From assembly GCA_016840425.1 (NCBI GenBank), contig JAEOSI010000108.1, positions 1-7,522 on the forward strand: a stretch of DNA of 7,522 nt. Direction: 5' to 3'. Under the pieces are notes generated by a model. It did not search any database. It was given only the letters and a program-made list of their open reading frames with translations, and was not told where the DNA came from. Positions 1-6,721 of the stretch are shown here, piece after piece. Every line of letters begins with the position of its first letter. Positions within the stretch are counted from its first letter, which is position 1. Made by a program: the position numbers and the translations under genes. Source of the stretch: Candidatus Wukongarchaeum yapensis (lineage in GTDB: Archaea; Asgardarchaeota; Wukongarchaeia; Wukongarchaeales; Wukongarchaeaceae).

Positions 1-976
1 AAAAACTCACCACTTTTTGGATTCCCCTCAAAACTCTCTGCTCGCTCGGAATGTACCAGTGTTCAGTTTTCGGTAATGGAACAGTGATATCAAAACCAGT
101 TACTCTTTCTACGGGGGCTTCTAGGGACAATAAAGCTTTTTCGTTTATTAAGGCTACGATTTCTGCCCCAACACCGAGGGTTTTTGGAGCTTCGTGAACC
201 ACTACGGCTCTACCGGTTTTTTCAACCGATTTTACTATAGCTTCTGCATCCATGGGCTGCACTGTTCGGAGATCTATGACTTCCGCGCTTATGTTCTTTT
301 CTTGAGCTAGATCTGCAGCTCTTTGACATGTTCGTACCATAGCACCCCAAGCGATTAGGGTGACATCATCTCCTTCTTGAACTAGTTTGGCCTTTCCGAG
401 GGGTACTGTATAATCCTCTTCAGGAACTTCTTCTCTTATAGCTCTGTATATTCTTTTTGGCTCTAAGAATATCACAGGATCAGGGTCTCTTATCGAAGAG
501 AGTAAAAGTCCTTTAGAATCGTAGGGAGATGCAGGAATAACTGTTTTCAGGCCGGGAATATGGACGAATAATGCTTCTATACTTTCAGAGTGATGTTCTA
601 AGGCTTTTATTCCTCCACAGTATGGCATACGTACAACCAGAGGCACGGTATACTTTCCTCTTGACCGGTTCCTTATCCTAGCGACATGAACGATTATCTG
701 ATGGTAAGCCAGAGGCACGAAACCCATGAATTGGATCTCGGCAATGGGTCTTAGACCGTAAACTGCCATGCCTATAGCGGTGCCCACGATCCCTGACTCT
801 GCGAGGGGGGTATCTATGACCCTGTTTTCTCCAAACTTTTCATAAAGTCCGTCAGTTACCCTGAAAACGCCTCCGTCTCTCCCAACATCTTCACCTAAGA
901 TAACTACGCGCTCGTCTCTTTCCATTTCTTCCCTTAAAGCCAGATTTATTGCCTCTACAATGGTTAACTTTGCCAC
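1..976 (-). CDS. pdhB: Pyruvate/2-oxoacid dehydrogenase E1 component beta subunit; runs to the window edge, probably missing only the stop codon
   Basis: Not in the supplied ORF track; translated by hand. GTG start at 976-974 with GGAGGAGG (991-984) 7 nt upstream. Reads MAKLTIVEAINLALREEMERDERVVILGEDVGRDGGVFRVTDGL...IDTPLAESGIVG...AEIQFMGF...EHHSES...PVIFLEPKRIYR...EVIDLRT...VVVHEA...YIPSEQRVLRGIQKVVSF. That is 325 codons with hallmark E1-beta motifs; the last base in the window is a T, compatible with a stop codon. Pyruvate versus branched-chain specificity cannot be fixed from sequence. Confidence 0.93.
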   Translation of the reverse strand, partial: MAKLTIVEAINLALREEMERDERVVILGEDVGRDGGVFRVTDGLYEKFGENRVIDTPLAESGIVGTAIGMAVYGLRPIAEIQFMGFVPLAYHQIIVHVARIRNRSRGKYTVPLVVRMPYCGGIKALEHHSESIEALFVHIPGLKTVIPASPYDSKGLLLSSIRDPDPVIFLEPKRIYRAIREEVPEEDYTVPLGKAKLVQEGDDVTLIAWGAMVRTCQRAADLAQEKNISAEVIDLRTVQPMDAEAIVKSVEKTGRAVVVHEAPKTLGVGAEIVALINEKALLSLEAPVERVTGFDITVPLPKTEHWYIPSEQRVLRGIQKVVSF

Positions 977-978
977 TG

Positions 979-2064
979 TTATTCCTCCTCCTTCAAAAAT
1001 TCCTTTAAATCTTCAAGCTGTTCCTCAAGGTTCCAAGGCATTTCTGCATAATTGTATTTGAAAATCTCTTCTGGTTCTGGTATTGGCACCGCTTCTGCAT
1101 CCTTGACCGCTTTATCCACAAGTTCAGTAACTTCTTTTTGCACTTCTTCTTCGAACTTTTCGTCCCAAATCCCCTTATTCTTAAGGTATAGCTTGAATCT
1201 TTTTATGGGATCCTTTTCTTCCCATTCTTTTATTTCTTCCTCAGAGCGATATCTTGACGCATCATCTGAAGTCGTATGATCGGTCATTCTGTAGGTGTAT
1301 GATTCTATTAACGTAGGTTCTCCGCCGTTTCTAGCCTTGTCCAGAGCCTCTTTAACCACTACATAGACTGCGAGAACATCATTTCCATCTACTAATATTC
1401 CATCGAAACCATAAGCTATCGCTTTTTGAGCAAGGGTCTTTGAAGCTGACTGCTTTTTCCTAGGGACAGAGATAGCATACTGATTGTTTTGACAAACGAA
1501 AACAATTGGCAGTTGGAAAACTCCAGCAAAGTTTAATCCCTCATGGAAGTCACCCTCAGAAGTACCGCCGTCCCCAAATGTGGTCAGGACAGCGATCTTA
1601 TCACCCTTTATCTTAGCCGCCCAAGCAGCACCGACAGCATGAGGAATCTGAGTGCCAACAGGAACCGATATGGTGAAATTGTTAACATCATCAGGAAGCC
1701 TTTGACCCCGTTCATTTCCGATCCAATATAAATAGAAATCGTTTAAAGGCCATCCTCTCATAAGGTGTATACCGAGGTCGCGGAAATATGGAAAGAACCA
1801 GTCTTCTTTTTCCATGGCTTGAGCTATCCCTATTTGTGTTGCTTCTTGCCCTTTTGATTGTGCGTATGTTCCCATCCTTCCTTGGCGTTGTAGTTTGAAG
1901 GCTTTATCATCGGCAACTCTTGTAAGAACCATATATTTGTAAATTTTCTTTAATTCTTCATCGGTCAATTTAGGCTCGAATTCCTCTTTAACAACGTTAC
2001 CGTCTTTGTCTAGAATCTGAAACATTTCCTCTTTAAGAGGATCAAAAACACCTATTATGTCCAA
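979..2064 (-). CDS. pdhA: Pyruvate/2-oxoacid dehydrogenase E1 component alpha subunit (ThDP-dependent)
   Basis: 361 aa. ThDP-binding motif FGDGGTSEGDFHEGLNFAG...CQNNQYAIS, plus LQRQGRMGTY, PVGTQIPHAVG and active-site loop YRMTDHTTSDDASRYR. TTG start with GAGGTGG (2078-2072) 7 nt upstream. The stop lies 2 nt from the E1-beta start. Confidence 0.94.
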   Translation of the reverse strand: MDIIGVFDPLKEEMFQILDKDGNVVKEEFEPKLTDEELKKIYKYMVLTRVADDKAFKLQRQGRMGTYAQSKGQEATQIGIAQAMEKEDWFFPYFRDLGIHLMRGWPLNDFYLYWIGNERGQRLPDDVNNFTISVPVGTQIPHAVGAAWAAKIKGDKIAVLTTFGDGGTSEGDFHEGLNFAGVFQLPIVFVCQNNQYAISVPRKKQSASKTLAQKAIAYGFDGILVDGNDVLAVYVVVKEALDKARNGGEPTLIESYTYRMTDHTTSDDASRYRSEEEIKEWEEKDPIKRFKLYLKNKGIWDEKFEEEVQKEVTELVDKAVKDAEAVPIPEPEEIFKYNYAEMPWNLEEQLEDLKEFLKEEE

Positions 2065-2085
2065 ATTTAAACCACCTCAAAAAAT

Positions 2086-2105
2086 ATGTTACTTATAAGT
2101 TACAT
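2086..2105. promoter_or_regulatory. Near-perfect 20-bp palindrome centred on TTATAA upstream of pdhA (candidate operator or TATA element)
   Basis: ATGTTACTTATAAGTTACAT: 9 of 10 symmetric pairs match, and it lies 22-41 nt upstream of the pdhA start. Confidence 0.45.
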
Positions 2106-2157
2106 CTAAGAGTTTACTCAAAACTTTAGAAAAAGTAAAGCCATTGTAGGAATGATT

Positions 2158-2448
2158 TTATTCTTTTTCTTCTAAGGCCCACTTTTTGAATTTCTCGTAA
2201 CTGGTTTTACCGCAAACCCATTTACCTGTTTTTCTGTTATAGAAAAACGGTACTCCACCACAATTGCCTTGATCAATTTCCATGAATAAATTGGCGTTTT
2301 CCTGGTTATGCCATATTTCTAACTTATGAATCTCAACACCTTCTTCTGCCATTAATCTTTGAACCAAAGGCTCCATCTGCTCACATATAGTACATTCAGT
2401 ACCCATAAACTCGACCAAATCTCCGGGTAGTTTATCTTCTGGTTTCAT
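2158..2448 (-). CDS. Thioredoxin/glutaredoxin-fold protein, CxxC (CTIC), 96 aa, with two extra cysteines
   Basis: EFMGTECTICEQMEP (CxxC after a beta strand), GGVPFF cis-Pro loop, C-terminal helix. I prefer the ATG at 2448 over the ORF-track start at 2478 because AAGGTGA (2462-2456) lies 7 nt upstream. Confidence 0.85.
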   Translation of the reverse strand: MKPEDKLPGDLVEFMGTECTICEQMEPLVQRLMAEEGVEIHKLEIWHNQENANLFMEIDQGNCGGVPFFYNRKTGKWVCGKTSYEKFKKWALEEKE

Positions 2449-2586
2449 GGCTTTTTCACCTTCTTTAATTTTCAGCACGGCAGAAAAAGAATAATAAATA
2501 TAAAATGTTTATTATTTAATAGTTTGTTAACCATCAAGCGTAGAAAAATGTAAACTGTTAATGGATTTAACTTTGTTTTTCAATGG

Positions 2587-2637
2587 AAAAAAAATTAGAC
2601 TGTATACATAAAAGTAGCAAGTGGGTAAGGGAAAAAA
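2587..2637 (-). terminator. Oligo-T tracts after the winged-helix gene (archaeal-type terminator candidate)
   Basis: On the minus strand, T6 (2637-2632) and T8 (2594-2587) follow the stop at 2654. Confidence 0.4.
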
Positions 2638-2653
2638 TCTGACTCCAAATTTT

Positions 2654-2908
2654 TTAATCTTCTCCTATTTGTAGGAGTTCGGCTTTTTCAAGGATCTCGA
2701 TTTTTCTTTCGTTTTTACTCATGTATTCCACGTGTATTTTTCCCTCGATCTCTAAGGATAGGAGAGTAGCATTTATATCGGCTTCACTGATCTCTTTATT
2801 TCTGCTTGTAAGGACCCTTACGAGATCGTTCTCTCTCATAGCTCCACGTCTTTCCTGTAAAACGTCTAATAATTCCTGTCTTAGTGGAGTCTCACGCCAA
2901 GTGGGCAA
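2654..2908 (-). CDS. Small hypothetical protein, probable winged helix-turn-helix fold (84 aa)
   Basis: TTG start with GGTGGTGA (2923-2916) 7 nt upstream. Amphipathic helices followed by LLSLEIEGKIHVEY...ERKIEI, a helix-Gly-beta-hairpin pattern typical of winged helices. Oligo-T tracts follow the stop. The fold call is pattern recognition only. Confidence 0.7.
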   Translation of the reverse strand: MPTWRETPLRQELLDVLQERRGAMRENDLVRVLTSRNKEISEADINATLLSLEIEGKIHVEYMSKNERKIEILEKAELLQIGED

Positions 2909-2940
2909 AGATTTATCACCACCGATCTTAGTTAATTTGT

Positions 2941-2962
2941 CTATATAACGGTTTGTTTAAAG
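2941..2962 (-). promoter_or_regulatory. TATA-like elements upstream of the winged-helix gene
   Basis: The minus strand reads TTTAAACAAACCGTTATATAG 33-54 nt upstream of the TTG. Which element is functional cannot be told. Confidence 0.3.
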
Positions 2963-3191
2963 GTCTCCCTTTTCCTTTTACTTAATCTATTTAGGGGTTA
3001 ATTCTCCAGTTTTTAAAATTTAAAAGTTTCAAAGGAAGAATTATAGAGGGAGAAAAGATGAATAACTAAAAACATAACCATTTATGGAATTTATTAGGTA
3101 TTTATAAAAGAGGGAGGTAATAGTTTATCGCCAGCCCTCTTTCTTGCCATCTTTGTTTTTTACTTTTTTATTATTTAATGTTTTTTAAGCT

Positions 3192-5384
3192 TTAGATATA
3201 ACTCTTGGTGTATCCTAGCTGTATAGGTACAATTTTTCGTTTTGAAGACTCTTCGAAATCTTCGTATCGTTTCTCAATCTCTTCAGTTATTGATGAATGC
3301 ACGTACTTCATTGATTCTGCGAAGTGTTCCATTCGCACCTCTTTAATGTTTATGTCTTCCCTTAGGGCGAGAATTCCTGCCTCTTTCACGATGGCTTCAA
3401 GGTCTGCTCCTGAGAATCCTTCGCTCTGCATCGCTATTTTTTCTATGTCGACATCTTCTGCAAGAGGCATTTTTTGCGTGTATATTTTAAGGATTTCAAG
3501 CTGTCCTTGGAGCTCTAGGGCTTTCACGCGGATGAATCGGTCTATTCTTCCATGGCGTAGTAGGGCTCTGTCGACGAGCCATGGTACGTTGGTCGCAGCA
3601 AGCACTATTACGTCTCTGAGAATTTCAACACCGTCAAGCTCGGTGAGGAGTTGGCTTATCACTCTTTCGGTAACCCTTGAATCTCCGAAATCGCTACCTC
3701 TTTGGGGAGCTATGGCGTCAATTTCATCGAAGAATATGATACACGGAGCGGCTGTTCTCGCCTTTCTGAAGACCTCTCTTATCGCTTTCTCTGACTCGCC
3801 CACCCATTTTGAAAGGACCTCAGGGCCTTTTACTGCAATAAAGTTTGCTTCACTCTCATGGGCCACAGCTTTAGCAAGGAGGGTTTTACCGCAACCAGGA
3901 GGACCGTAAAGGAGGACACCCTTCGGAGGCTCGATTCCAAGCCTTGTAAAAGCTTCCCTATGATTCAGAGGCCACTCTATAGCCTCTTTTAGTCGTTGTT
4001 TTGCTTCTTCTAATCCTCCTATGTCTTCCCATGTTACTGATGGTATCTCTATGAGGACCTCCCTTATGGCTGAAGGTTGAACCTCATGCATCGCGCCGAG
4101 GAAGTCCTCCATGTTTACCTCCATTTTTTCAAGAATTTCTTGGGATATTACTTCATCTTCAAGGTTTATCTCTGGGAGGTATCTTCTAAGGGCTTTCATT
4201 GCGGCTTCCCGCGCTAAGGCCGCTATATCCGCTCCTACGAAACCGTGGCACAGGTCTGAGACTTTTTCTAGGTCTACGTCTTTTGATAGGGGCATACCCC
4301 TTGTGTGGATGTGAACGATCTCTAAACGGCCTGTTCTGTCGGGCACCCCAATCTCTATCTCTCTGTCAAAACGGCCAGGACGTCTTAATGCGGGGTCTAC
4401 GGCGTTTGGGCGGTTAGTTGCCCCGATTACTATGACTTGTTTTCTTGAAACTAAACCGTCCATCAGGGCGAGAAGTTGGGCTACAACTCTTCTTTCCACC
4501 TCTCCCGTAACTTCTTCTCTTTTTGGAGCTATGGCGTCTATTTCGTCTATGAAGATTATGGTTGGAGAGTTTTCTTCAGCTTCTTTAAAGATTTGCCTGA
4601 GACGTTGTTCTGATTCGCCGTAAAACTTGCTCATAATTTCTGGCCCGTTTATGGATATGAAGTGGGCTTCACTCTCATTGGCCACAGCTTTAGCTATGAG
4701 GGTTTTACCGCAACCAGGAGGACCGTGGAGGAGGACGCCTTTTGGAGGCTCGATTCCAAGCCTTGTGAAGAGCTCTGGGTGGCGCAAGGGTAGCTCAATC
4801 ATCTCCCTTACTCTCTGTATTTCTTCGTCAAGACCTCCTATGTCTTCGTAAGTTACGCGAGTTGCCTTTACACCCGCCTCTGGCACAGGTTTGTCTGTGA
4901 CTTTTAGCTGGGTTGTTTCGGTTATTAAGATTATTCCCCTTGGGAATCCTGCGGTAACCACGAAGGGTATAGCCCTGCCTAGGATGGGTATGAGGACTTG
5001 GTCGGCTCGGGTTACCGGAAAGCCTAAAAGTTTGCGTTTCACAAAATTTTCAAAGCCAAGGTCTATAGATACTGAGTATTGGCTTGGAGCGAGGGTGACG
5101 TTTTGAGCGGCTTTTACGTCAGCTTTTCTTACGAAAATCTTGTCCCCGAGGGATACACCGGCGTTGCGTCTTATTATGCCATCCATCCTGCAAATACCGC
5201 CTCCTTGATCTTCAGGGTAAGCAGGCCAAGCGATGGCCGCGGTGACTTTTTTCCCTCTGATTTCGACAACATCTCCCGTTGTAACACCTATAGTTCGCAT
5301 GGATAAGCTATCGAGTCGGATTTTTCCTCTACCAACGTCTCTTTGTTTTGCTTCAGCTACCCGTAATTGAGCTTCTTTTACCAC
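3192..5384 (-). CDS. cdc48: Cdc48/VCP/VAT family AAA+ ATPase (N domain, D1, D2)
   Basis: N domain [19 protein letters not shown]. Two AAA modules, each with GPPGCGKT. Walker B IIFIDE and IIFFDE; pore loops KFYGES and KWVGES; D1 [24 protein letters not shown]; C-terminus KSYI. I prefer the GTG at 5384 (GGAGG at 5399-5395, 10-nt spacer, 730 aa); the ATG at 5411 (739 aa) is the alternative. Confidence 0.96.
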   Translation of the reverse strand: MVKEAQLRVAEAKQRDVGRGKIRLDSLSMRTIGVTTGDVVEIRGKKVTAAIAWPAYPEDQGGGICRMDGIIRRNAGVSLGDKIFVRKADVKAAQNVTLAPSQYSVSIDLGFENFVKRKLLGFPVTRADQVLIPILGRAIPFVVTAGFPRGIILITETTQLKVTDKPVPEAGVKATRVTYEDIGGLDEEIQRVREMIELPLRHPELFTRLGIEPPKGVLLHGPPGCGKTLIAKAVANESEAHFISINGPEIMSKFYGESEQRLRQIFKEAEENSPTIIFIDEIDAIAPKREEVTGEVERRVVAQLLALMDGLVSRKQVIVIGATNRPNAVDPALRRPGRFDREIEIGVPDRTGRLEIVHIHTRGMPLSKDVDLEKVSDLCHGFVGADIAALAREAAMKALRRYLPEINLEDEVISQEILEKMEVNMEDFLGAMHEVQPSAIREVLIEIPSVTWEDIGGLEEAKQRLKEAIEWPLNHREAFTRLGIEPPKGVLLYGPPGCGKTLLAKAVAHESEANFIAVKGPEVLSKWVGESEKAIREVFRKARTAAPCIIFFDEIDAIAPQRGSDFGDSRVTERVISQLLTELDGVEILRDVIVLAATNVPWLVDRALLRHGRIDRFIRVKALELQGQLEILKIYTQKMPLAEDVDIEKIAMQSEGFSGADLEAIVKEAGILALREDINIKEVRMEHFAESMKYVHSSITEEIEKRYEDFEESSKRKIVPIQLGYTKSYI
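3847..3947. repeat. Direct repeat copy 1 (cdc48 D2 Walker A block)
   Basis: 93 of 101 nt identical to 4666-4766 by manual alignment; offset 819 nt (273 codons). Confidence 0.9.
4666..4766. repeat. Direct repeat copy 2 (cdc48 D1 Walker A block)
   Basis: 93 of 101 nt identical to 3847-3947; longest exact runs are 29 nt and 23 nt. Confidence 0.9.
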
Positions 5385-5635
5385 TTGAAAAAGGCCTCCA
5401 TTTTGCAACATTACTTCTTTGCCGCCAGTTCCCCCTCAAAAAGAAAACCCCTACAATATATGAAGGACAAAAATATTTGACTGATAAAAGAAAACTTTCA
5501 CTCATATATCAACATTACCATATTTTTCTCAGCTTTAAATTTATTTTTATTGTTTAAATTTTCAAAGGTCTTTGACTTTGAAGAAGAAATGATAGTCTCC
5601 CAGCTCATTCAACCCCTCAAAATAAAAACATCTAA

Positions 5636-5655
5636 TTTTTAATTAAAAAATTTTT
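5636..5655 (-). terminator. T-tract and AT palindrome after nfo (terminator candidate)
   Basis: Minus-strand T6 (5650-5645) about 25 nt after the nfo stop, within TTTTTAATTAAAAA. Confidence 0.3.
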
Positions 5656-5674
5656 ATTTATACGTTTTTCCGGT

Positions 5675-6517
5675 TTATTTTTTGAGGAGGTTTCTGAGAG
5701 TTTGTAGGTTGTTTTTGAAATCTTCTTCGCTTCCAGGGGTTTCTAAGCAGCCTGGGATGCTTTTCAGGCGTTCATCGTTTACAAGGAGGCGGAAGGCTTC
5801 AAGGCCTATTTTTCCCTTCCCTATATGTTCATGCCTGTCAACACGTTTTCCTAGATCCACTTTTGAATCGTTTATATGAACCGCTTTTAGTAAGGGTAAG
5901 CTAATGACTTCGTCAAAGGTTTCCATGGTCTTTTCATAAGCGTCTTTTATTCTTATATCATATCCTGCGGCAAAGATGTGGGAAGTGTCAAGGCAAACAC
6001 CTACCCTCTCTTTCTCCTCTAAAAGATCTCTTATTACCGCAAGTTGCTCAAACTTATAACCTAAATTTGTGCCTTGGCCTGCTGTGGTTTCAAGGAGGGG
6101 CATCACCTTATATTCTCGTCGTGCAGAGAGGGAGATGTTAAGTCCTTCTGCTATCAGCTCGATGCCCCTTTTCTCTCCGGAGTCTAAGTGGGCTCCTGGA
6201 TGGAAAATGAGGTATGGGATGCCTAAGGTTTCAGCTCGATCCATCTCTTCAAGAAAAGCTTTCCGAGACTTTTCAAGGATATCCTTTTTCGGGCTACCGA
6301 GATTAATGAGGTAAGCTGCATGGACTACTGCAGCCTGAATTCTTGAATTTGAGAGAGCTTCTTTAAACCGTTTTACCTGACCTTCATCAATTTTTTTAGC
6401 GCTCCACTGTCGTTGACTCTTTGTAAAAATTTGAATAGAGTCACAGCCAATCTTCTCCCCCCGAGCTATTGCCTTATCAAGACCACCTACGATAGAAACA
6501 TGAGCACCAAGTAACAT
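5675..6517 (-). CDS. nfo: Endonuclease IV (AP endonuclease, deoxyribonuclease IV)
   Basis: MLLGAHVSIVGG start, QIFTKSQRQW, and all nine trinuclear-metal ligand motifs: HAAY, HPG, LLET, LDTSH, HIND, DRHEH, LETP. ATG at 6517 with GGTGG (6528-6524) upstream; 280 aa. Confidence 0.95.
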   Translation of the reverse strand: MLLGAHVSIVGGLDKAIARGEKIGCDSIQIFTKSQRQWSAKKIDEGQVKRFKEALSNSRIQAAVVHAAYLINLGSPKKDILEKSRKAFLEEMDRAETLGIPYLIFHPGAHLDSGEKRGIELIAEGLNISLSARREYKVMPLLETTAGQGTNLGYKFEQLAVIRDLLEEKERVGVCLDTSHIFAAGYDIRIKDAYEKTMETFDEVISLPLLKAVHINDSKVDLGKRVDRHEHIGKGKIGLEAFRLLVNDERLKSIPGCLETPGSEEDFKNNLQTLRNLLKK

Positions 6518-6721
6518 ATCAAACCACCAAGAAACAAGTTTCAAAAATTTTCCCGCTACCTTTTAAATTTATTTATTCTTTATTTAATTCTACGTTAATA
6601 AAAAAAATTGAAATATACTTAATTAGAATTGTTTGAAAGTAAATAAAATGCGGGAGGAAGTATATTGGGGTTAAAAAATCCCTAGTAAAATTAAGGCTTT
6701 TTCCCAAAGGAAAAAGGTAGA

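Noticed and set aside
1052-1731. Plus-strand ORFs 1052-1279 and 1543-1731
   Set aside because: They are antisense to pdhA with low-complexity Ser-rich translations and no independent support.
2449-2478. ORF-track N-terminal extension of the thioredoxin (and likewise 6518-6544 for nfo)
   Set aside because: Better SD-supported ATGs lie at 2448 and 6517, and the extensions contain the SD sequences themselves.
2721-2948. Plus-strand 75-aa ORF
   Set aside because: It overlaps the wHTH gene antisense; the minus-strand ORF has the SD, downstream T-tracts and a plausible fold.
3107-3142. Hairpin as a SECIS element, or selenoprotein read-through
   Set aside because: It lacks the GAA/A internal-loop signature, and I saw no in-frame TGA at a Cys-equivalent position in any gene here.
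3205-5306. Plus-strand ORFs antisense to cdc48 (3205-3909, 4111-4314, 4199-4417, 4432-4623, 4627-4851, 4891-5106, 5079-5306)
   Set aside because: They are shadow ORFs of a strongly conserved gene: Ser/Ile-rich, with no motifs or SD. The GPGG/PQPGGP similarity between two of them only mirrors the Walker A repeat.
3122-5437. Short GAGGG..CTGGCG..AAA similarity on both sides of cdc48 as flanking repeats of a mobile unit
   Set aside because: Only about 6 contiguous nt are identical, there is no integrase or transposase, and cdc48 is a core gene.
5348-5557. Plus-strand 69-aa ORF
   Set aside because: It overlaps the cdc48 start and AT-rich promoter DNA, and its composition reflects the AT bias.
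5682-6314. Plus-strand ORFs 5682-5879 and 6069-6314
   Set aside because: They are antisense shadows of nfo.
6551-6655. Imperfect long inverted repeat (TCCCGC...AATTCTA / TAGAATT...GCGGGA) as a MITE
   Set aside because: The arms need gaps and are mostly A/T, there is no target duplication, and symmetry from divergent promoters or chance is more likely.
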